Shown here piece after piece: positions 1 to 8,000 of a stretch of 64,000 bases of DNA (the stretch's first letter is position 1; each line of letters begins with the position of its first letter). Source of the DNA: Bryobacterales bacterium. Its GTDB lineage: Bacteria > Acidobacteriota > Terriglobia > Bryobacterales > Bryobacteraceae. A program made the position numbers and the translations under genes. The notes under the pieces were generated by a model. The model was given only the letters and a program-made list of their open reading frames with translations. It was not told the origin of the DNA and ran no database searches. The stretch is taken from contig CAWJJQ010000002.1 in NCBI GenBank assembly GCA_963843255.1, positions 78,000-141,999 of the forward strand, written 5' to 3'.

Positions 1-83
1 CTTACGCCCAACCGAAGAATGCCAAGGCGGCTGCTTCCGCGAAGGGTCGCGTGGCTGGCGCGCCCGCGGCCGCGGAGGGCTGA
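1..83 (+). CDS. 3' end of a CDS entering from the left window edge (position suggests motA; not verifiable from 27 codons)
   Basis: Open frame from pos 3 to TGA 81-83, ending 1 nt before the motB ATG. The GGAGGG at 74-79 inside it serves as the motB SD. Only gene order supports a motA call. Confidence 0.3.
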   Translation, partial: YAQPKNAKAAASAKGRVAGAPAAAEG

Positions 84-84
84 C

Positions 85-897
85 ATGGCGCGCAAAAAAG
101 CCGAACCGGAACACGCGAATCACGAGCGCTGGCTGGTTTCCTACGCCGATTTCATCACCCTGCTCTTTGCGTTTTTCGTGGTGATGTTCGCCTCTTCTCA
201 GACCGATAAAGCCAAGGCCCAGATGATTTCCGATTCCGTCAAACAGGCGCTGGACAAAGGCGGAGTGCAGGCCGCGGTGCGGGAGATCCTTGGCGGCACC
301 GTCGATGACAAAGGAAAAGGCAACGCCCTTATGAGAGGTCCCGGCGGATCCCAACCGAAGGACCAGCAGAATAATCCCGCTGCAACCCAGGCCGAATTGG
401 TGCCCTCCATGCAGTATCTCACCCGCGAACTTGCGGCTGAGATCCAAAACGGCCAGATCGAGATGCACCTCGAGCCCCGCGGGCTGGTGGTCAGCCTGCG
501 GCAGGCCGCCTTCTTTCCCTCCGGCGGCGATTCCCTTGACCCTAAGACCTTTACCGCACTCGACAAGATCGGCGCCACCATCCGCGGCCTACCCAACATG
601 GTCCGCCTGGAAGGGCATACCGACTCGATCCCTATCCATACCGCGCGGTTCCGCAGCAACTGGGACCTGTCCGTAGCCCGCGGCATCACCATGCTGGAGC
701 TCTTCTCCGGCCGTTGCCAGGTACCCCAGCAGCGCCTGGCGGTGGCCGGCTATGCCGACACTGCGCCCGTGGACTCGAATGAAACCGAGGAAGGACGCGC
801 CCACAATCGCCGTGTCGATATCGTGATCCTGGCCCAGCAGGTGCTGGTGAAGACGCCGGCGGCCGAACCTAAACAGCCGGCGGCCGCGCATAAATAA
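85..897 (+). CDS. motB: flagellar motor stator protein MotB (OmpA/MotB family)
   Basis: N-terminal TM/plug 'WLVSYADFITLLFAFFVVMFA'. C-terminal OmpA-like peptidoglycan-binding region 'NWDLSVARG...GRAHNRRVDIVI'. ATG 85 with SD GGAGGG 74-79 is preferred over the track start at 19. Confidence 0.9.
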   Translation: MARKKAEPEHANHERWLVSYADFITLLFAFFVVMFASSQTDKAKAQMISDSVKQALDKGGVQAAVREILGGTVDDKGKGNALMRGPGGSQPKDQQNNPAATQAELVPSMQYLTRELAAEIQNGQIEMHLEPRGLVVSLRQAAFFPSGGDSLDPKTFTALDKIGATIRGLPNMVRLEGHTDSIPIHTARFRSNWDLSVARGITMLELFSGRCQVPQQRLAVAGYADTAPVDSNETEEGRAHNRRVDIVILAQQVLVKTPAAEPKQPAAAHK

Positions 898-913
898 CCT
901 TTGGCCATTTTAC

Positions 914-929
914 TGGCAACAGACTTGCA
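914..929 (+). promoter_or_regulatory. candidate sigma54 (-24/-12) promoter upstream of fliW
   Basis: TGGCAA-cagac-TTGCA matches TGGCAC-N5-TTGC with correct spacing. It lies in the 46-nt motB-fliW gap. Predicted +1 is about 940, 4 nt before ATG 944. Confidence 0.45.
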
Positions 930-943
930 TAGTCGGGTACCTA

Positions 944-1408
944 ATGCCCAGCATTCGGACAAAGTGTTTCGCGGAAATTGAATATTCGGACGCCTCGCTT
1001 TACCATTTTCCTAACGGGTTGCCCGGCTACGAAAATGAGCGCGACTTTGTTTTCCTGAACCGCCCCAATAGTCACCCTCTTATGTTCATGCAGAGCACCG
1101 CGACGCCTGAATTGTGTTTCATCCTGCTGCCCGTATATTCGGTGGATCCGCAATACCGGCTGGCGCTGGATGAAGAGGCCTTGGCCGAACTGGGGCTGCC
1201 TTTAGCGGCTGAACCTAAGATCGGCGAAGATGTCCTGTGTGCCGCCATTGTCTGCGCCAGGGGCAACGGCGAACCGCCTACCGTCAATCTGCTGGCGCCC
1301 ATTGTGGTAAGTCTGCAGGCCCAGGTCGGGATTCAAGCCATCCAGACGCAATCCGGCTATTCGCACCGGCATCCGCTTCTGCGGGAGGAGATGGCGCCAT
1401 GCTCGTAA
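944..1408 (+). CDS. fliW: flagellar assembly factor FliW (CsrA antagonist)
   Basis: FliW-like 'HFPNGLPGYENERDFVFL', 'LMFMQS', 'FILLPV', 'VNLLAPIVV', collinear with Bacillus FliW from residue 1. Immediately followed by csrA. Confidence 0.85.
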   Translation: MPSIRTKCFAEIEYSDASLYHFPNGLPGYENERDFVFLNRPNSHPLMFMQSTATPELCFILLPVYSVDPQYRLALDEEALAELGLPLAAEPKIGEDVLCAAIVCARGNGEPPTVNLLAPIVVSLQAQVGIQAIQTQSGYSHRHPLLREEMAPCS

Positions 1409-1683
1409 TGCGGCGGCGCGCCGGCGAAAGCATTCTCGTGGGCGAAGGGATCGAAATCCAGGTGCTCCAGGTGACTGGTACCCGTGTAAAGCTGGGAATC
1501 AGCGCGCCCCCGTCCGTTTTAATCGTGCGCCGCGAAGTACAAATCACACAAGACGAGAATCAAACCGCGGCGCTCAGCGTCAGTTCTCACACGATCGATT
1601 CTCTGCTGCAGTCACTCCCTGCCAGCGCGGCCGACGCCCCCGGACCGCGCCCTGTCAAGACTTTGACAAATAAAATAACCTAA
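1399..1683 (+). CDS. csrA: carbon storage regulator CsrA (flagellar-type, with C-terminal extension)
   Basis: 'MLVMRRRAGESILVGEGIEIQVLQVTGTRVKLGISAPPSVLIVRREV' is the CsrA/RsmA core. ATG 1399 has SD GGGAGGAG 1383-1390 and overlaps the fliW stop by 10 nt. About 40 aa extend beyond the core. Confidence 0.85.
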   Translation: MLVMRRRAGESILVGEGIEIQVLQVTGTRVKLGISAPPSVLIVRREVQITQDENQTAALSVSSHTIDSLLQSLPASAADAPGPRPVKTLTNKIT

Positions 1684-1727
1684 GTTTATTCCGGTTAGTT
1701 ATCTCAATAATTAATTCGGACTTTCAT

Positions 1728-1754
1728 TAGAATACCCTCCGCACTACCCGATAT
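1728..1754 (+). promoter_or_regulatory. candidate sigma28/sigmaD promoter of the flagellin gene
   Basis: TAGA-N15-CCCGATAT versus the sigmaD-type consensus TAAA-N15-GCCGATAT (3/4 and 7/8, exact spacing). It sits about 100 nt upstream of the flagellin ATG. Confidence 0.45.
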
Positions 1755-1804
1755 GACGAATGAGAGTTGATACTTCCGGGTATCCTGCAAACGGAGAACC
1801 CGGA

Positions 1805-1842
1805 CCCGGACAGGACGTTCGGGCATGTATCACACAGGATGT
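1805..1842 (+). promoter_or_regulatory. candidate CsrA binding sites in the flagellin 5' leader
   Basis: Hairpin CCCGGA/TTCGGG (1805-1810/1818-1823) presents a CAGGACG loop with GGA at 1813-1815. A second site, ACAGGATGT (1834-1842), overlaps the only SD-like element before ATG 1852. More GGA motifs occur at 1793, 1802 and 1808. Confidence 0.4.
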
Positions 1843-1851
1843 TACGAACAC

Positions 1852-3303
1852 ATGATTACCTTTCAAACGAACTATGCGTCGATGGTTGCCGAAAACAACC
1901 TGAACACGAATAACAGCTTCCAGACTTCAACCATTGAAGCATTAACTTCCGGTTACCGCATTAACAATTCCGGAGACGATCCCGCGGGCTTGGCCGTGGC
2001 TAACCAGTACCGCGACCAGGTCGCCCAGCTTACCCAGGGCGTACAGAACGCCAACAACGGTGTGAGCACTCTGCAAATCATCGACGGCGGCCTGAACAAC
2101 ATCAGCACCATGTTGGACCGGCTGCAAACACTGGCTACGGAATCGGCCACCACCACTTTTACCGGTGACCGCAACAACATCAACGTGGAATATCAGCAAC
2201 TGGTGCAACAGATTTCGCAGCAGGCGTCCACCATCGGCCTCAACAATGGCGGTGCCTTCAACACGCAGAACGAGATCTTCATCGGCGGCGGGAACAGCCT
2301 GTCGAATTCCCAGATCCTGGTGAATCTCAGCGGTGTGGCGAACACGGTGGATGCTAACGGCCTGGGCCTAACCAACACAACCGTAGCCGCCGGCGGCGCC
2401 GAGCTGGCCGGTAACAGCGTCCGCTTGGATGCACCGAGCGCGAACTTCTTAACCGGTAATGGCAGCCAGACGTTTACCTTCAACCTGATCAGCAACAACT
2501 CGGCGACGAGTTTCACTGCCACGTTAAACGGTGGCGCGTCGGGCCTGAGCGAGTCCCAGGTAGTTAGCTCGCTGAATAGCCAGTTGTCGGCCTACGGCAT
2601 CACCAGCCAGGTCGGCGCCGACGGTCAGATCCAGTTCGGCGGCGGCACGCCTTTCACAGTAAACACGACAACAGCGTCTGCCAGCGCGGTCGCCACCTCC
2701 GGCTCTTCGGCCACCAACGTAGGTGTCTACAATGCCGGGAGCGACGCTTATACGCCCAAAATCGAAACCTTGACCTTCCAGAACGGACAGGGTACGGCGA
2801 ATGTCAGTCTGACGGCTGCCGATACACTCGGCTCGGCCATTGCCGCGATCAATTCGCAGACCTCGTCCCTCGGTATCTACGCCGTAACGGACGCGGCTGG
2901 AACCGGCATCTCTTTCCAGAGCGCCAACACCTTCACGGCCTCCTCAACCGCCGCCGGCGGCACATTTACCAACGCCGGTCCGCAGACCGTGAGCGCCCCG
3001 AGCTCCACCGCCAGCACCACCGGCAACGCTTTGGCCGCCGTCACCGCGATTCAGACCGCGTTGACCCAACTCGGCCAGGTGCAAGCGGCTGTCGGCGCCG
3101 GCGAAAACAAGCTGCAGTACGGCATCGACCTGGCCAATTCGCAGATCACCAACGTGTCGGCAGCGGAGTCCGATATTCGGGACGCCAATGTCGCCCAGGA
3201 AGCAGCCAACCTGACCAAGGCGCAAGTCCTGGAGCAGGCTTCCGTCGCCGCCATGGCGCAGGCCAATTCGTCGCCCCAAGCAGTACTCAAACTGTTGCAG
3301 TAG
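1852..3303 (+). CDS. fliC: flagellin
   Basis: N-terminal D0/D1 'MITFQTNYASM...ALTSGYRINNSGDDPAGLAVANQ...NANNGVSTLQ'. C-terminal 'RDANVAQEAANLTKAQVLEQASVAAMAQANSSPQAVLKLLQ'. ATG 1852 gives the canonical N-terminus; the track start at 1825 adds 9 aa. Confidence 0.93.
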   Translation: MITFQTNYASMVAENNLNTNNSFQTSTIEALTSGYRINNSGDDPAGLAVANQYRDQVAQLTQGVQNANNGVSTLQIIDGGLNNISTMLDRLQTLATESATTTFTGDRNNINVEYQQLVQQISQQASTIGLNNGGAFNTQNEIFIGGGNSLSNSQILVNLSGVANTVDANGLGLTNTTVAAGGAELAGNSVRLDAPSANFLTGNGSQTFTFNLISNNSATSFTATLNGGASGLSESQVVSSLNSQLSAYGITSQVGADGQIQFGGGTPFTVNTTTASASAVATSGSSATNVGVYNAGSDAYTPKIETLTFQNGQGTANVSLTAADTLGSAIAAINSQTSSLGIYAVTDAAGTGISFQSANTFTASSTAAGGTFTNAGPQTVSAPSSTASTTGNALAAVTAIQTALTQLGQVQAAVGAGENKLQYGIDLANSQITNVSAAESDIRDANVAQEAANLTKAQVLEQASVAAMAQANSSPQAVLKLLQ

Positions 3304-3333
3304 TAGTCTCCTTTTGACTAGCCTGATCACTTT

Positions 3334-3365
3334 GGGGCCGCGCCCGTAAGGGTTCGGCCCCTTTT
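3334..3365 (+). terminator. intrinsic terminator after flagellin
   Basis: Stem GGGGCCG (3334-3340) / CGGCCCC (3355-3361), followed by TTTT 3362-3365. Confidence 0.75.
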
Positions 3366-3383
3366 GTGCAAGGGAATTCTCTT

Positions 3384-4742
3384 ATGGGATCTCTACCAAC
3401 GGTCACGTTTACGGGCCAGAGCACGTATTCCGCCTCTTTGCAGGCGCAGCTCAACCGGGCGCTGGATATCGCGGCCCTCCCCATCCAGCAAATGCAGCAG
3501 CAGGTCGCAGGCCTGCAATCACAGCAGCAGGCGCTCACCGGAATGCAATCCGCGTTCAGCTCCCTGCAAAACGCGCTGCAATCGATCGGCTCCGATTCCG
3601 CCGGGACCCTTTCGGCGAATTCCTCCGATCCGTCAGTCGTCTCCGCGACGGCCACCGCCAGCGCGCTTCCAGGAACATACTCCATTCAGGTCATTCAGGC
3701 AGGCGCGCCGACGCAAACTCTTAGCAGCTCCGGACTAACTACTGTCACTGATCCGACCACCGGCAACATTAGCTCCGCATCTTCGTTTACCCTGACGGTG
3801 AATGGCTCCCCGTTCACTATTAGTCCCGCCGCCAATAACTTGGAAGCCCTGGCTACTGCCATCAACGGCGCCGGCGCCGGTGTGCAGGCCACCGTGGTCA
3901 ACGTCGGTGGCTCCAGCGTCGATTATCGTCTGGCCGTAACCAGTTCCAACGCCGGCGCTACTACCATCCAACTGAGCGACGGCGGCCCCAACCCCCTGTT
4001 GACTACCCTGGCCACCGGCACCCCCGCCGAGTACACGGTGGACGGCAGCGGAACCCAGGTGCAAAGCAATTCCAACCAGGTTACTCTGGCGCCCGGCCTG
4101 ACCGTAAATCTGCTGCAGCCAAGCTCGAGCCCGGTGACCATAACGGTGGGCGCCGATTACAGCGCTTTGTCCAACGATCTGTCGAATTTCGTGAGCGCAT
4201 ACAATAACGCGTCCAGCGCCGCCGATCAGCAGATTGGCCAAAACGCGGGGCCACTGGCAGGACAGAGCATCGTCTACTCCCTCACGGGAGTGTTGAACAA
4301 CCTGGTGAACTATACCAATGGGTTCGGCGGCGTGAATTCGCTCGCCAGTTTGGGAGTGACCATGGGATCGAACGGACAACTCTCTTTCGACTCAACCACT
4401 TTCGACACCCAGAACATCGCCCAGATTCAACAGTTTCTTGGAGGGGTTACCACCGGCGGATTCTTGCAGACCGCCGCTAATGCGCTTACCGGCGTGGCGG
4501 ATCCGTCCAGCGGTAACATTCAGAGCGAATTCAACCTGCTGCAAACTCAGGTCACCAACGATAACACCCAGATCACCAATCAGGAGACCCGGGTTAGCGA
4601 TCTCCAGACCAATCTCACACAGCAGCTCTCGCAGGCTGACGCCACCATCGCCAACCTTCAGGCCCAGACCACCTACTACACGCAACTGTTCAACGCCGAG
4701 TACAATTACTCGAATACCGGGAACAGTTCCTCGGGAGGATAA
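3384..4742 (+). CDS. fliD: flagellar filament cap protein FliD
   Basis: N-terminal 'FTGQSTYSASLQAQLNRALDIAALPIQQMQQQ' and C-terminal coiled coil 'ETRVSDLQTNLTQQLSQADATIANLQAQTTYYTQLF' fit FliD. Position after flagellin agrees. ATG 3384 follows AAGGGA. Confidence 0.85.
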   Translation: MGSLPTVTFTGQSTYSASLQAQLNRALDIAALPIQQMQQQVAGLQSQQQALTGMQSAFSSLQNALQSIGSDSAGTLSANSSDPSVVSATATASALPGTYSIQVIQAGAPTQTLSSSGLTTVTDPTTGNISSASSFTLTVNGSPFTISPAANNLEALATAINGAGAGVQATVVNVGGSSVDYRLAVTSSNAGATTIQLSDGGPNPLLTTLATGTPAEYTVDGSGTQVQSNSNQVTLAPGLTVNLLQPSSSPVTITVGADYSALSNDLSNFVSAYNNASSAADQQIGQNAGPLAGQSIVYSLTGVLNNLVNYTNGFGGVNSLASLGVTMGSNGQLSFDSTTFDTQNIAQIQQFLGGVTTGGFLQTAANALTGVADPSSGNIQSEFNLLQTQVTNDNTQITNQETRVSDLQTNLTQQLSQADATIANLQAQTTYYTQLFNAEYNYSNTGNSSSGG

Positions 4743-4747
4743 GTCCG

Positions 4748-5056
4748 ATGTCCGACCGCCTGATCCAACTCGAGAGAAATCTGCGCAGCGCCGTGGTCCG
4801 TTGCCGCTACACGGAGATCCAGCAGGCCGCCACCGCATTCTGCGAGCAGGCCGCCGCGGAGTGGCAGGCGCTTCCGCCCGGAGATCCCGCCGCGCGCCGC
4901 GTCTTCAAAGGCCTCGAGGGGGTGCTGGAGTGGGCCCGTCTGATGCTCTGTGTTTCCCGCGCAACGACTGCCGCCGAACTGCAGCGCCTGCTTCTATCCA
5001 ATCGCTATCTGGACGCGGGAACAATGTTCGCCGGCCGGCTGCGCCTCGACGCATAA
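4748..5056 (+). CDS. hypothetical helical protein in the slot usually held by fliS/fliT
   Basis: 102-aa ORF. ATG is 5 nt after the fliD stop, with SD GGGAGGA 4733-4739. No FliS motifs were recognisable. Confidence 0.6.
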   Translation: MSDRLIQLERNLRSAVVRCRYTEIQQAATAFCEQAAAEWQALPPGDPAARRVFKGLEGVLEWARLMLCVSRATTAAELQRLLLSNRYLDAGTMFAGRLRLDA

Positions 5057-5186
5057 TACCGGCCTGGTACCGGCCCATAACCTTCGGCGCGTCAAATCGC
5101 TGACGCCGTCACCCTGCTGACGGCGCGGCGGCCATTTCTTATCGCAAAATCTTTCGCTATGCGCGAATTTCACTAGAAAATTCAAA

Positions 5187-5202
5187 TGGAACCGCACTTG
5201 CA
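5187..5202 (+). promoter_or_regulatory. candidate sigma54 (-24/-12) promoter upstream of flgB
   Basis: TGGAAC-cgcac-TTGCA with correct N5 spacing. It is 30 nt from the flgB GTG (5217), the same offset as the fliW element. Confidence 0.45.
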
Positions 5203-5216
5203 CTTACGCTGGCATC

Positions 5217-5552
5217 GTGACCCTCGATAGCCTGAGCAACAGCCTCGAGCAATACATGAATGTGACCAGCCTGCGCCAGAAGCTGGTCGCGTCTAACATC
5301 GCCAACGCCGACACACCCGGATATAAGACGCAGGACGTGGATTTTCAGGCCAGCCTGCGCAGCGCGCTCGATGGGCGCTCGCCTCAACCTATCGAAGTCT
5401 CCGGACTGGCTGTGAAAAACGACGGAAACAACGTGAACCTCGATCGCGAAGCGCGCCTGCTGGCCGAAAATGCGATGCGCTTCAACGTCGCCGCAAGTCT
5501 CATGCACTCCGATCTGCAGCAGCTAAAAGAAGCGATTCAGGGAGGCAAGTAG
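5217..5552 (+). CDS. flgB: flagellar basal-body rod protein FlgB
   Basis: 'LRQKLVASNIANADTPGYKTQDVDF' rod motif lies at the same distance from the N-terminus as in E. coli FlgB. GTG start. Confidence 0.9.
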   Translation: MTLDSLSNSLEQYMNVTSLRQKLVASNIANADTPGYKTQDVDFQASLRSALDGRSPQPIEVSGLAVKNDGNNVNLDREARLLAENAMRFNVAASLMHSDLQQLKEAIQGGK

Positions 5553-5995
5553 TGAGCAGCCTTTTTTCAGCCCTTTCGGTCAGCGCCTCAGGCATGGCCG
5601 CCCAGCGCACGCGCGCGGCGCTGCTGGTCGAGAACATCGCCAATTCCGAAACCACCCGCACCGCCGAGGGCGGTCCCTACCGGCGCAAGGATGCGGTCTT
5701 CTCCAGCGAACAGGTAGGCTCGGCGTTTGGCTCCGAGATGGATGCACAGTTGGGAGGCCAGTCGCTGACGGGCGTGAACGTAGCCGGCGTTTCGGTGGAC
5801 AACACCGCTCCCGAAAAACGCTACATGCCGGGTCACCCGGACGCGGACGCGCAGGGCTACGTCGCCATGCCCAAGGTAAACCCGGCGGAAGACATGATCG
5901 ATCTGATGGGCGCCAATCGCAGCTACCAGGCAAATGTGGCGGCCATGTCGGCGGTCAAGGACATGATTCAGAAATCCATCGACCTGCTGAAGTAG
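5552..5995 (+). CDS. flgC: flagellar basal-body rod protein FlgC
   Basis: 'SASGMAAQRTRAALLVENIANSETTRT' and 'NPAEDMIDLMGANRSYQANVAAM'. GTG start overlaps the flgB TAG by 1 nt. SD GGAGG 5541-5545. Confidence 0.92.
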   Translation: MSSLFSALSVSASGMAAQRTRAALLVENIANSETTRTAEGGPYRRKDAVFSSEQVGSAFGSEMDAQLGGQSLTGVNVAGVSVDNTAPEKRYMPGHPDADAQGYVAMPKVNPAEDMIDLMGANRSYQANVAAMSAVKDMIQKSIDLLK

Positions 5996-6005
5996 GAGAC
6001 TCCCA

Positions 6006-6302
6006 GTGACAGCGCCCATTTCCAATATCACGCCGATCTCGATGCCGGAACTGCCGGGGCTGTCGAAGCCCTCCGGCCAGCCCGGCGACTTTCAAAACGT
6101 GCTCTCCGGCGCTATCGATAATCTCGAGTCGTTGAACCATAACGCCTCTGACGCGGTGCAGAAGTTCCTGACCGGCGAAAACGAGGAATTGCACACGGTG
6201 GCCCTGGCCACCCAGAAGGCGGAACTGGCTTTCGAGCTTGGTTTGCAGGTCCGCAATAAAGTAGTGGACGCGTATCAGGAAGTCATGAAGATGCAGATCT
6301 AG
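6006..6302 (+). CDS. fliE: flagellar hook-basal body complex protein FliE
   Basis: 98 aa. 'FQNVLSGAIDNL...ATQKAELAFELGLQVRNKVVDAYQEVMKMQI'. SD AGGAG 5994-5998. Confidence 0.88.
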   Translation: MTAPISNITPISMPELPGLSKPSGQPGDFQNVLSGAIDNLESLNHNASDAVQKFLTGENEELHTVALATQKAELAFELGLQVRNKVVDAYQEVMKMQI

Positions 6303-6334
6303 AAGCGCAGCGCCATCGCCCCCGGGAACCATAG

Positions 6335-8000
6335 ATGCCCCAGATAACCAAGCTGATCGCAGGCCTATCGATCAAGCAACGCATTACCATTGTGACCGTC
6401 ACGCTGCTGGCTGGCGTGCTTCTCGCCTCCTTCGTCCGCTGGCGGCATGAAGGTGACTTCAGCGCTCTCTACACGGGGATGGCGCCTGAGGATGCCGGCG
6501 TCGTCGTTCAGAAGCTGAAAGAGATCGGTGTGGAATACCGGCTTACCGATGCCGGGGGCACGGTACGCGTGCCGTCCCAAAAGTTGGCTGAGTCGCGCCT
6601 GACCCTGGCTGCCGCCGGCCTGCCGAAAACGGGCCGCATCGGTTTCGAGCTGTTCGACAAGAGTAACTTCGGCACCACCGACTTTGTCGAACATATCAAT
6701 TACAAGCGGGCCCTCGAGGGCGAACTGGAACGCTCCGTGATCAGCCTGGCGGAAGTGGAACAGGCCCGCGTCCATCTGACTCTTCCGAAAGAATCTGTAT
6801 TCCTCGACCAGCAGCAGCCATCCAAGGCGAGCGTGATGGTGAAGCTGCGGCCGGGCGCGCATCTGTCTCCCGCAGAACGTGCTGGCCATTACCAACCTGG
6901 TTTCGAGCGCGGTCGAAGGCCTGGCGCCTGACGCCATCTCGGTGGTGGATATGAATGGCACGCTGCTCACGCGCCGGACGCGCACGGCCAACACCGATGG
7001 ATCGCAGGCCCCCGCCGAGATGCTCGAAATGCGCCAGCAACTCGAGCACAACCTGGTCGCCAAGATCTCGGAAACTCTGGATCCTCTGCTCGGCCCGAAC
7101 AACTACCGCGCAGGAGCTTCGGTGGACTGTGATCTCACCAGCGGCGAGCAGCAGGAAGAAACACTCGATCCTTCCCATTCCGTGATGGTGAGCTCGCAAA
7201 AATCCGAGGATGTCTCCGAGCGCGCCGGTTCATCCGGCATTCCGGGCACAGCCTCCAATCTTCCGGGCGCGGCTCCTTCAACCAAAGCCAGTGCCGGCGG
7301 CGTTTCGCGCCGCAATGAAACCATCGCCTATCAGACCAGCCGCGTGGTCCGCCACACCAAGATTCCGCAGGGCGTCATCAAGCGTATGTCGCTGGCCATC
7401 CTGGTCGACCAGACCGTGCGCTGGGATGGCGCCGGCGCGCAAAAGCATCGCGTGGTGATTCCCCCAGCTCCCGAAACTTTGAAGACCATCAAGGATCTGG
7501 TAGCCGGCGTCACCGGTTTCAGCACCGAACGCGGCGATCAGTTGGTGGTGGAAACTCTGCCGTTCGAGTCCAGCCAGAACGCCGAACCGCCCGCTCCCCT
7601 GCCCTCCGCGCCGCCTCCCAGTACCGATCCCGCCTGGCTGCGCTGGTTCACAAAATACCGCATCTATCTGTCCGCGGCGGCGGTGGCGCTCGCGCTGCTG
7701 GTGGTCGTCGCCCGGGTTGCCGTAATGTTGAAGCGAGACAAAGTCTCGGTGGACATCGTCAGCCAGCCCGATGAGTTGACGGGCCCGCATGCGACGCCTC
7801 ACTTACATCCCGCAACCACGGCCCTGGCAACCGCCGAACAACTGGGCGAGATGCCCACCAGGGAAGACGACAGCCTGGAGTTGGCCCGGCGAATTCGTGA
7901 GCACGCCAAGCGGGAGCCGGCCGCAGCCGCCAACACCCTTCGCATGTGGCTGGTTGATAATCAAGCCGCTAAATCAGGAGCGCAACATGCCGCAGTCTGA
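6335..8000 (+). pseudogene. fliF: flagellar M-ring protein FliF, frame broken by a 1-nt indel near 6878 (pseudogene or assembly error)
   Basis: ORF 6335..6931 carries the N-terminal half ('...ASVMVKLRPGAHLSPAE'). ORF 6879..8000 continues collinearly ('VLAITNLVSSAVEGLAPDAISVVDMNGTLL...') in another frame. Together they make about 555 aa, a normal FliF length. Confidence 0.85.

Noticed and set aside
1237-1398. N-terminal extension of the csrA ORF (track start 1237)
   Set aside because: The extension lies inside fliW in another frame and is Arg/Gly/Ala-rich. The canonical CsrA N-terminus 'MLVMRRR' starts at ATG 1399 with a strong SD.
1681-1710. Alternative sigma28 promoter TAAGTTT...CTCAATAA upstream of flagellin
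   Set aside because: The spacing between the -35-like and -10-like parts is 3 nt too long, and the -10 matches only 5/8. The TAGA-N15-CCCGATAT element at 1728-1754 fits much better.
6872-6885. Programmed ribosomal frameshift in fliF
   Set aside because: There is no slippery heptamer (X XXY YYZ) or obvious downstream stimulatory structure at the junction. Four other unrelated genes in the window show similar single-base breaks.
7789-7986. N-terminal extension of the fliG ORF (track start 7789)
   Set aside because: The extension overlaps the fliF 3' end. The FliG homology and an AGGAG SD begin at ATG 7987.
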